From: Desulfurococcaceae archaeon
GTDB taxonomy: Archaea > Thermoproteota > Thermoprotei_A > Sulfolobales > Desulfurococcaceae
DNA: 64,000 bases
NCBI GenBank assembly: GCA_038823915.1
Contig: JAWBBY010000002.1
Location: forward strand, 49,519 to 113,518
Direction of reading: 5' to 3'
Positions 38,349 to 46,271 of the stretch are shown one piece after another. Both the position numbers and the translations under genes were made by a program. The first letter of the stretch is position 1. Each line of letters begins with the position of its first letter. Below the pieces are notes generated by a model. The model searched no databases and was not told the DNA's origin. It was given only the letters and a program-made list of their open reading frames with translations.

Positions 38349-40121
38349 CTACCTGGTTCTTAATCTTGGCTCCACTATTCTCTCAATAGCTTGACCAACG
38401 AAAATGAAGGTTAGAGATGTGAATACTAATGCTAAACCAGGAGATATAACCCACCAGAAAGCACCGGTTCTCCACAGACCTGTTATGCCTAGGAAGGCTC
38501 CTTCAGTTGCTTGTTCAAGCACCAACCCCCAAGTTACAGTAGTGGGGTCTCCAATACCAAGTATTCTTAAACCAGCCTCGGTCAGTACTGGGCCTGGTAT
38601 ACCGAATGCTAGTGATACAAACATTATGTGAACAACTTGGGGGAACACGTATCTCAAAACTATTCTAGCATGGCTCGCTCCCAACGCTCTAGCCGCCTCA
38701 ATATATGTTTGCTCTCTTATCTGTAGAGCCATAGATCTAATGCCAAACTGTCCTCCCATCCATCCGAAGAGTATTAATAGCGATATGAGCATCCATATGC
38801 TAGTATTCCTTAAACTATACATAATTAAAATCATTAATGGTAAAGCCGGTAGATTAGTGTATATTCTCGCTATTTGCTGCATTATTACATCAACCTTTCC
38901 GCCGAAGTAAGCTGATGTTACTCCGTAGAGAGTTGCTGTGAAAGTCGTTACTGATGATATAATAACGCCCATTAATAGAGCCCACCTTAAACCATATACA
39001 ATTGCGCTCCAAAGATCCCTACCGTTGTTATCCGTTCCTAGTAATCCAAACCCTCCATTCACTCTAGCTCGCACAACTTCAACATTTGTTCTCTCATTTA
39101 TAGCTTCTTCTTTGAGATTAAGTAGAAATCTTATTTCAAATTCATAGTTACCAGTGAGAGGCACGAATTTACCTTGAAGAGCTTCGGGTGTAGCTTGGCT
39201 GAACAATAGATTAAACAATTTCATATTAGTGGATAATTCAGTTGTATTAGCTTTATCCATCAATGGCTTTAGAATTAGTTTTAATTCTATTTCCTTAAGC
39301 CTTAGGTTAGTAAAGGATATGTATCTTAGTAGAGATAATCTCCAAGTTTGATTAGGTGTAAATCCACCCGCACCCCTATAAAATCCTAATTTATCCATTA
39401 ATTCTACATTAGATAAATCAGCATATTGGTTAATATCGAAATCCGCGGTCGGATACTTAGTTCCTGGAACAATCGATATTACTATGCCATCAGGCCTTCT
39501 AACGTAAACACCGAATCCCTGTGGGATTCTATAACCCAATGGAGATGTTTGATTAAATACTCTACTACCAATATCTATTTTCAAATGAAACTGGACATCT
39601 AGTGGAGGCGCTTTCTTATTGAAATTATAGACTGAAATAATTTTTATTAAAACCCATTTCTCATTTACAGGTGTTTTACAGTAGAGTTGAGATATAGCAT
39701 TTATAACATCGCTCTCCAGTATTGTCCTATTAGGATATTGTGTCTGCAACGTCTCTCTAATAGAACTACCTCTGGTAATATAGTAGAACTTGATGCATTG
39801 CTGTTTATCTCTTAAATCATATTCTTCTCTATGAATAACGTAATCTAAATCTTTGGTTGGAGGCGGAGCGTACGGGTCAATATAACTAATCCATATTGGT
39901 GGAGCTAGTTCTGGATTACCCTTAGTTGCTATGTAACCAATGTTAAACCAATTATCAACAGTTTCTTTATCAGCAACAACAGGGTATAGGATAAGTAATA
40001 ATATCTGTATAGCTAGGAATGTGAATCCAACTATACCGATCTTGTTTCTCTTAAGCTCTCTCAAGATATCTCTAATAAATCTCGCGATTTTAACTCTGAA
40101 GAAACTAGTAGTTTTAGCCAC
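38349..40121 (-). CDS. Opp/Dpp-family ABC transporter permease (OppC-like) with an extracytoplasmic insert of about 300 aa
   Basis: TM1 (IVGFTFLAIQILLLILYPVV), then about 315 aa of soluble sequence, then the canonical OppC core (GTDNNGRDLWSAIVYGLRWALLMG...YIEAARALGAS..RI..RYVFPQ). Confidence 0.8.
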   Translation of the reverse strand: MAKTTSFFRVKIARFIRDILRELKRNKIGIVGFTFLAIQILLLILYPVVADKETVDNWFNIGYIATKGNPELAPPIWISYIDPYAPPPTKDLDYVIHREEYDLRDKQQCIKFYYITRGSSIRETLQTQYPNRTILESDVINAISQLYCKTPVNEKWVLIKIISVYNFNKKAPPLDVQFHLKIDIGSRVFNQTSPLGYRIPQGFGVYVRRPDGIVISIVPGTKYPTADFDINQYADLSNVELMDKLGFYRGAGGFTPNQTWRLSLLRYISFTNLRLKEIELKLILKPLMDKANTTELSTNMKLFNLLFSQATPEALQGKFVPLTGNYEFEIRFLLNLKEEAINERTNVEVVRARVNGGFGLLGTDNNGRDLWSAIVYGLRWALLMGVIISSVTTFTATLYGVTSAYFGGKVDVIMQQIARIYTNLPALPLMILIMYSLRNTSIWMLISLLILFGWMGGQFGIRSMALQIREQTYIEAARALGASHARIVLRYVFPQVVHIMFVSLAFGIPGPVLTEAGLRILGIGDPTTVTWGLVLEQATEGAFLGITGLWRTGAFWWVISPGLALVFTSLTFIFVGQAIERIVEPRLRTR

Positions 40122-41248
40122 TACTCCTCCACCCCCTTACCAACTCTTACACGAGGGTCTAGAAGCATATATATGAAATCTAACGCGAATATTGCTATTA
40201 AGTAGAGTAAAGTAATAACCCACGTATTAACAATTAAAACACCTGCATCCTCCTGTGCTAGAGCTAAATAGAATACGTAGCCTGCGCCTGGCCAATGGAA
40301 TATTCTCTCACTAATAAGTGCACCACCTAACGAACCTATTATTGAGAAGAGAGAACTTGTAACTATTGGTGGAGAAGCAGCTCTCAAAATATGTTTATAT
40401 AGAATCATTCTTTCGGGTAAACCTTTGGCTCTCGCTACCGTGACAAAATCCTCTCTACTAATAATTAATACTAGCGTCCTCATACCATAAACACCGATGA
40501 GTAGGGAGACCATGAATATCGTAATTAATGGAAGAGACATGTATTTGATCCATGCTGCAAGATATCTTACAATATATTCATGGAAAGGCAAATTAAGCTC
40601 TTTTAATCTCCTTATTTCAACTTCAACTCCGACGGCTTTCGATGGGAATATTGGAATTACATATGCGAATAGCATTATCATTATTAAAGCAGTCCACCAT
40701 AGTGGTAGAGAGTTTTGAAACATAGCTATTGTTGCAACGATCTTATCCAATAACCCCCCAGCTCTCTGAGCAAGCTTGATTCCAAATAAGAGATTAATTA
40801 CTATAGCAATAATGGTTGCAGTAGTAAATAGTATAGCAGATCTAGCCATACCATTAAGAGTAACTTCTAAAGCATTATTACCTGGAACCGGGTATAATGC
40901 ATTGGCTCCTATTGGTATGCCTGTCAAATTAAAGGTAATTAAACACTTAGTGTAATAGAATATTCTGAAAGAAACTGGGAGATTTAAACCATATTTCTCA
41001 TAAACCTGCTCTTTATATGTCTCAAGTAATATCTCGATTGCTTGAGGACTAAGACCCCTCTGCTGCAGTAGAGATTGCCTATAAGCTCTAATTTCTTCTT
41101 CAGCAAGTACTTTTAACCTATCATATGTGTATATGGAGAATATGACGGAATATATTATGGCGATCGATATGAACACTATAATGAAGTTAATTACGGTTAA
41201 TACAACCACTCTCCCTAATCCACGCATATTTTGCACCATAAGTTTCAA
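40121..41248 (-). CDS. Opp/Dpp-family ABC transporter permease (OppB-like)
   Basis: Six-TM BPD-transporter layout with the EAA-type loop REDFVTVARAKGL.ER.I.YKH.LR.A..P. Confidence 0.8.
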   Translation of the reverse strand: MKLMVQNMRGLGRVVVLTVINFIIVFISIAIIYSVIFSIYTYDRLKVLAEEEIRAYRQSLLQQRGLSPQAIEILLETYKEQVYEKYGLNLPVSFRIFYYTKCLITFNLTGIPIGANALYPVPGNNALEVTLNGMARSAILFTTATIIAIVINLLFGIKLAQRAGGLLDKIVATIAMFQNSLPLWWTALIMIMLFAYVIPIFPSKAVGVEVEIRRLKELNLPFHEYIVRYLAAWIKYMSLPLITIFMVSLLIGVYGMRTLVLIISREDFVTVARAKGLPERMILYKHILRAASPPIVTSSLFSIIGSLGGALISERIFHWPGAGYVFYLALAQEDAGVLIVNTWVITLLYLIAIFALDFIYMLLDPRVRVGKGVEE

Positions 41249-41271
41249 TAAGATACCGATTATATCTACAG

Positions 41272-41916
41272 CTAATATTTTATTCTAAAAAGGTGTTTAA
41301 AACTATTGTTTACAAACGCATTATAACAGTAGGCAATCAGTATTTGAATCAAATAACCAAGTGTATAGAAAAATTTTGCCTTGGAAATGCCTGTTTTAGA
41401 ACTAGATGTTGCTAAGTGATAACTTAGTAGTAAGATGGCTAAGAAGAAGCCTATTATTGAAAATACTGTTGCAGGTATACTTAAGTAAATCAATGGTTTA
41501 CGTTCTTTCAAAACAATGTAGGTATAGTTGAATGAACCATTAACGTACTGGATATAGTATGAATTAATACCTATCGCGACGAACTTCTTCGTCATGATTT
41601 CGTTGAAGTCTAGTACTTGTGTTTCATTATGTAGATTATCAAGTATTACGATATTGCAACAACCCTGTATTAACAACTCTGTTGTATATACTGAGTAACT
41701 AGTAGTGTATTCTAAACCATTTGGAATAATTACTTCATTTGCAATACTCCCAGTCTCTCTATATACTTCTTCTCTAACTACGTAATTATCAATAATGAAT
41801 AGAAGAGTTAAATTGAATAACATAAATAATAACAGTATGATAAGTAATGAACGTGATTTCAATAAACCTTCTTTTATCAAACAGCCATCCCTAAAACATA
41901 ACTGTTGTTTTACCAA
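41272..41916 (-). CDS. Hypothetical membrane protein embedded in the Opp operon
   Basis: 214 aa with an N-terminal TM, a soluble segment of about 110 aa containing sequons, and C-terminal TM helices. TTG start. No family recognised. Confidence 0.45.
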   Translation of the reverse strand: MVKQQLCFRDGCLIKEGLLKSRSLLIILLLFMLFNLTLLFIIDNYVVREEVYRETGSIANEVIIPNGLEYTTSYSVYTTELLIQGCCNIVILDNLHNETQVLDFNEIMTKKFVAIGINSYYIQYVNGSFNYTYIVLKERKPLIYLSIPATVFSIIGFFLAILLLSYHLATSSSKTGISKAKFFYTLGYLIQILIAYCYNAFVNNSFKHLFRIKY

Positions 41917-41928
41917 TAATAAACCTAT

Positions 41929-43053
41929 CTACCTCTTAGCATAGAGCCAACAAGCTACGTAATGACCAGGTTCAACCTCAACCATAGGGGGCTCCATTTC
42001 CCTACAGAACCTTCTAATCTCGGGATGAGTATCGTAAGCTACACATCTCGGGTGAAACCTACAGCCTGGAGGTATATTTACTGCACTAGGTACTTCACCT
42101 TTAATGGGTATTTCACGCATCCTCCTCCTATTTTCAGGGTCTGGTTCAGGTATTGCAGCTCTTAATGCTACTGTATATGGATGTAGAGGATTATCTATAA
42201 CTTTCAACGTTTCACCCATCTCGACGATTTTACCTAAATACATTATAGCGATCTTATTAGTAATATACCTTGCTACAGCTAAATCGTGGGTAATGAATAT
42301 ATACGTTAAATTATATCTAGCTTTAACTTCGAGCATTAACTCGAGAATTTCCGCTCTAATAGACGCGTCAAGCATTGAAACCGGCTCGTCGGCAACGATC
42401 AATCTGGGTCTAAGAATCAATGCTCTAGCAATACCAACTCTCTGTCTCTGACCTCCACTTATCATATGAGGATATCTATCCATAAACTCCTCTACTGGAA
42501 CTAGTTTAACATCTTCAAGAGCCTTAGCAACAATTTCCATCCTCTCCTCTCTGGTTTCGCCAATACCATGAATAATGAGTGGTTCTTCCAAGATCCTCGA
42601 TAAAGTATGTCTAGGATTGAGAGATCCGTAAGGGTCTTGAAAAACGATCTGTATTTCCCTTCTCAACGGTCTGAGATACCTACCAGGTATTTTAACCAGG
42701 TCAATCCTCCCATCATTATCAACAATTGGTGGTTGATAACCAATTTCTCGCCAAGCCTCAAGAAGCTCTTTTCTCGGCGAATACGCTAATATACCACCAG
42801 TCGGTTTGTAAAGCCTCATAATAACTTTACCTAAAGTAGTTTTACCACAACCGCTTTCACCAGCAATGCCGAATATATCGCCTTCCTGGATCTTGAAAGA
42901 TACACCATCAACCGCGTGAACGTATCTTCTAGGAGACCTCTTGAAGAACTCGGTTAAAGTCCTCCTTAATGGAAACAACATTCTAACATCAATACCGTAT
43001 AAAATAGTGTTCTTATCTACAACGAATGGAAGTTTAGAAACAACATCACTCAA
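41929..43053 (-). CDS. Opp/Dpp-family ABC transporter ATP-binding protein (OppF-like)
   Basis: Walker [10 protein letters not shown], signature ISGGQRQR, Walker B IVADEPVSMLD, H-loop ITHDL, and the C-terminal oligopeptide-transporter domain with CRFHPRC. Confidence 0.85.
   Translation of the reverse strand: MSDVVSKLPFVVDKNTILYGIDVRMLFPLRRTLTEFFKRSPRRYVHAVDGVSFKIQEGDIFGIAGESGCGKTTLGKVIMRLYKPTGGILAYSPRKELLEAWREIGYQPPIVDNDGRIDLVKIPGRYLRPLRREIQIVFQDPYGSLNPRHTLSRILEEPLIIHGIGETREERMEIVAKALEDVKLVPVEEFMDRYPHMISGGQRQRVGIARALILRPRLIVADEPVSMLDASIRAEILELMLEVKARYNLTYIFITHDLAVARYITNKIAIMYLGKIVEMGETLKVIDNPLHPYTVALRAAIPEPDPENRRRMREIPIKGEVPSAVNIPPGCRFHPRCVAYDTHPEIRRFCREMEPPMVEVEPGHYVACWLYAKR
41932..41991 (-). 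repeat. 60-nt block nearly identical to 43063..43122 (3' ends of the two Opp ATPase genes)
   Basis: By eye 56/60 nt are identical. All 4 differences are third-codon-position transitions. Both copies encode [20 protein letters not shown]. Confidence 0.8.
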
Positions 43054-43059
43054 TCGAAA

Positions 43060-44022
43060 TCACCTCTTAGCGTAGAGCCAGCAGGCTACGTAATGACCGG
43101 GTTCAACCTCAACCATAGGGGGTTCGGTCTCCTTACATGGTTTGAAAACATAGCTACATCTAGGGTGGAATCTACAACCTGGAGGAGGCATTATTAAATC
43201 AGGCGGCACGCCTGGTATGTAGTGTAGCTTCCTTATCTCCCCCTTTAACCTAGGTACACTATTGATCAAACCTATAGTGTAGGGGTGTTTAGGTGTTAAA
43301 TAGATGTGTTCTGAAGTACCGAGTTCGACTGCTTTGCCAGCATACATAACCATTACTTTATCGGCTATTTCAGCTATTAAACTAAGATCGTGGGTAATGA
43401 GTATAATAGACATACCTCTTTCTCGCTGAAGCTTCTTCAACAAATTCATAACCTGAGCTTGGACAACGACATCTAGAGCAGTAGTTGGTTCGTCAGCTAT
43501 AACTAGAGGAGGGTCTAATGCTAAAGCCATAGCAATCATAGCTCTCTGCTTCATACCTCCAGATAACTCGTGTGGATAACTCCTCAACCTAATGGGATCA
43601 ATACCGACCATTTTCAATAAATTCGCTGCTTCAGCATAAGCCTCTTTCTTAGTTAATCCTTTATGAACAACCAGAACCTCAGCGAGCTGCTCACCTATTG
43701 TGAAAACAGGATTGAATGCATTCATAGCTCCTTGAAAAACCATACTGATCTTTTTCCACCTAATTCTCTTCCTAAACTCTTCGGGAGAGAGCTTTAAAAT
43801 ATTCTCTCCTTCAAAAATTACCTCACCACCAACAATCCTGCCCGGTGGTGGTACGAGTCTAATAATTCCATAAGCAGTAGTGCTCTTACCACAACCGCTT
43901 TCACCAGCAATTCCTAAAACCTCGCCTCTCTCTAAAGTAAATGATACATCATCAACAGCCTTAACGGGTCCAGCCATTGTATAGAAATAGATCTTCAGAT
44001 TCCTCACTTCTAGTAGAGGCAT
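43060..44022 (-). CDS. Opp/Dpp-family ABC transporter ATP-binding protein (OppD-like)
   Basis: Walker [10 protein letters not shown], signature LSGGMKQR, Walker [13 protein letters not shown]-loop ITHDL, and a C-terminal CRFHPRC domain. Confidence 0.85.
   Translation of the reverse strand: MPLLEVRNLKIYFYTMAGPVKAVDDVSFTLERGEVLGIAGESGCGKSTTAYGIIRLVPPPGRIVGGEVIFEGENILKLSPEEFRKRIRWKKISMVFQGAMNAFNPVFTIGEQLAEVLVVHKGLTKKEAYAEAANLLKMVGIDPIRLRSYPHELSGGMKQRAMIAMALALDPPLVIADEPTTALDVVVQAQVMNLLKKLQRERGMSIILITHDLSLIAEIADKVMVMYAGKAVELGTSEHIYLTPKHPYTIGLINSVPRLKGEIRKLHYIPGVPPDLIMPPPGCRFHPRCSYVFKPCKETEPPMVEVEPGHYVACWLYAKR
43063..43122 (-). repeat. Second copy of the 60-nt block (see 41932..41991)
   Basis: Same alignment as the partner copy. 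Confidence 0.8.
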
Positions 44023-44118
44023 ATCTGTACAACTCCATGTTTTCCAGCTCTTTAGTTTTAATCAAAAATTAGAAGTATTTTAATTTTCTACTTTAAAACC
44101 TGGTTTAAGGTACCGAAT

Positions 44119-45159
44119 TTGTATTGTTTTAAGAAAATTGGAATTGTTTATGGTAGGAGACCATTATACTTAATTAAAATACCCTTGATCTACACATATA
44201 TTGGTTTCGGCGTAATCGATAGGGGAACCAATGTTCTTCAAATTAGACCCACTACGCTCTGTCCACTCAACTGTATATTCTGCAGTGTTGATGCCGGTCC
44301 CTTCAGTAGGAATAGAGTTGCCGAATTCATTATTGATAAAAACTCAATATTAGAGACCGTTAGGGAAATTGCTTCTTATAAAAACACGAGTATTGAAGCA
44401 TTAATTGATACTATAGGCGAGGGATTAACCTATCCATATATTTTCGAATTAATCCAGGAACTTAAGAAAATACCATATGTAAAAACCGTTGCTTTAGAAA
44501 CACATGGTTTACAACTAACTAGGGAGACAATTATTAAATTATGGGAGAATGGTTTGGATCGTGTTAATTTAAGTATAGAAACATTCAATGTTGAGAAAGC
44601 TAAACTATTACAGGGTGTTCCATGGTACAATCCTTTAAGAGTTAAAGATTCTGCTGAATTCCTTGTGAAGGAGACGGATATCGATCTACATGTAACGCCT
44701 GTTTGGTTACCTGGGCTTAACGACGATGACCTTGTGGAAATCGTTGAATGGGCTTACAGAATAGGTGCTGGTAAGAAATGGCCTCCTGTAACGATACAGA
44801 AATTCATACTACATAGATTCGGCAGAGCTCCAAATTCGATTAAACGAATAAATTGGAAGGATTTTTGGAAATGGTTGGAGAATTTCGAGGCAAAAACTGG
44901 ATATAGAGTTTCGTGGAGTATGGAGGAATGGGGTATGTATAGAGCTCCACGTATAAAATGCCCATACAGTCCTGGAGACATAGTCGGTTTAGAAATTGTT
45001 TCAACAGGTGTTTTTAAATGGGAGTTTCTCGGAGTTACGTTAGATAAGAATATAGTTGTTTGTGTACGTGATAGGGTTAAAATTGGTGGGAAATATTTCG
45101 TTAAGATAACGGATACGAGAGATTGTTTAATTAAAGCAAGAGTTGTTGGAGAAGTTTAA
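44119..45159 (+). CDS. Radical SAM protein (archaeal COG2100-like) with a C-terminal OB/TRAM-like tail
   Basis: CPLNCIFCSV CxxxCxxC motif near the N-terminus, followed by TIM-barrel-like GGE-type blocks (IGEGLTYP). Confidence 0.7.
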   Translation: MYCFKKIGIVYGRRPLYLIKIPLIYTYIGFGVIDRGTNVLQIRPTTLCPLNCIFCSVDAGPFSRNRVAEFIIDKNSILETVREIASYKNTSIEALIDTIGEGLTYPYIFELIQELKKIPYVKTVALETHGLQLTRETIIKLWENGLDRVNLSIETFNVEKAKLLQGVPWYNPLRVKDSAEFLVKETDIDLHVTPVWLPGLNDDDLVEIVEWAYRIGAGKKWPPVTIQKFILHRFGRAPNSIKRINWKDFWKWLENFEAKTGYRVSWSMEEWGMYRAPRIKCPYSPGDIVGLEIVSTGVFKWEFLGVTLDKNIVVCVRDRVKIGGKYFVKITDTRDCLIKARVVGEV

Positions 45160-45221
45160 TCAAAACAATATTGTTTGTTCTCAATGTTACATTAGATTAT
45201 TCTTTTTGAAAACAGTTTAAT

Positions 45222-46139
45222 CTACAATCCACAAGCATTTATAGCTAAATCTATGTTGCCGAATTCCAATACTGCTACAGTATCTCCACATACTTCAAAA
45301 AATGAAATCTCGAATCCTTCGCCGAAATCGTTTTTCTTATCCATAAGAACCTCCTTATCCAAACCTCCAGAGCCTCCAATAGTTATCCACGATACTACTC
45401 TTGCTTCTTCAATAATTCCATGTTTCTTAATAATTGGGGATAGATACGTTTCTCTACTTAAAGTTACAGCTGTACCTGGATGATATGCTCCACTAGCTGG
45501 AAGAACGAGTATTTCATTACCAAATTCAGATGGAATAATTAGTATCGATGGTAACTTATATATTCCGAAACATCTCAATCTAGGATGTTCGTGACCCATA
45601 ATGATTAAATCGTAATCTTCAATAACGGTATCTAGATGCCCATGCGTAAACAATATTTTGCTACCACCAGATTCTATAACGTATTCTCTAGTTAGCTTCA
45701 AACCATAATTTTTAAGAACAGGGATTAAGAAGTTATCGTGATTACCTCTAACCAACACTATGTCTTCAACACCACGTGAGAATAGGAATTCGATTAATCT
45801 AGAAACCTCCACTCTCTCTTGTCTTAGTAATCTATCAAAAGCATGTTTAACATCACCATTTATGAGAATACGTTTAGTTTTAACAATATTCAGTAATTTA
45901 TCAAGCATTGAAATAACATTTCTAAACTGTATTTTAGGAATAAACATCCCCACTGTACTTGAAGTGCTTTTAGAATCGTAGTATAAGCCTCTAGCAACTG
46001 CTTCTTCAAAACCTAAATGTAAATCCGATAATACGATTAGATCCTCGTGTGGTAGATAAACTACTGGATAACCAGGAATCGCGACAACGTTCTCCCTTAA
46101 CTTACCTAAACTAATTTTCTTAAACATATTGATAACCAT
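45222..46139 (-). CDS. Calcineurin-like metallophosphoesterase (SbcD/Mre11-related archaeal type)
   Basis: Motifs LSDLHLG, NGDVKH, RGNHD and GHEHP in canonical order. There is an alternative start at ATG 46127. Confidence 0.7.
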   Translation of the reverse strand: MVINMFKKISLGKLRENVVAIPGYPVVYLPHEDLIVLSDLHLGFEEAVARGLYYDSKSTSSTVGMFIPKIQFRNVISMLDKLLNIVKTKRILINGDVKHAFDRLLRQERVEVSRLIEFLFSRGVEDIVLVRGNHDNFLIPVLKNYGLKLTREYVIESGGSKILFTHGHLDTVIEDYDLIIMGHEHPRLRCFGIYKLPSILIIPSEFGNEILVLPASGAYHPGTAVTLSRETYLSPIIKKHGIIEEARVVSWITIGGSGGLDKEVLMDKKNDFGEGFEISFFEVCGDTVAVLEFGNIDLAINACGL

Positions 46140-46146
46140 GTAGAAG

Positions 46147-46211
46147 CGGGCCCGCCGGGATTTGAACCCGGGACCTACGGGTTAAGAGCATCGGCTAACC
46201 GACCGACCCCC
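46147..46211 (-). tRNA. 3' half of tRNA-Lys(CUU) (positions 31-73, 46189..46147) preceded by a 22-nt GC-rich leader (46211..46190); no 5' half present
   Basis: The minus strand reads GGGGGTCGGTCGGTTAGCCGAT-G-CTCTTAA-CCCGT-AGGTC-CCGGG-TTCAAAT-CCCGG-CGGGCCC-G. This gives an anticodon loop with CUU, the 3' anticodon stem, a 5-nt variable loop, a perfect T arm, the 3' acceptor strand and the discriminator. The upstream 22 nt cannot supply the acceptor 5' strand (GGGCCCG needed), a D arm of normal size, or the 5' anticodon stem (ACGGG needed, CGATG present). Confidence 0.7.
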
Positions 46212-46239
46212 TGAATCTATTAGGTTAATTCATGTTCGC

Positions 46240-46247
46240 TTAATAAA
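46240..46247 (-). promoter_or_regulatory. TATA-box-like element upstream of the tRNA half
   Basis: The minus strand has TTTATTAA about 30 nt upstream of the GGGGG leader start, in the 60-nt spacer after the radical SAM gene. Confidence 0.3.
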
Positions 46248-46271
46248 TCTTGATTTCTAGAAACAACGTGT

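Noticed and set aside
46147-46189. Alternative reading of the tRNA-Lys 3' segment as an att-site remnant of an integrated virus or plasmid.
   Set aside because: Not fully excluded, but I rate it less likely. No integrase or foreign-looking genes flank it, and no second copy of the segment occurs in the window. The 22 nt upstream are strikingly GC-rich, as expected for a split-tRNA leader rather than random junction DNA.
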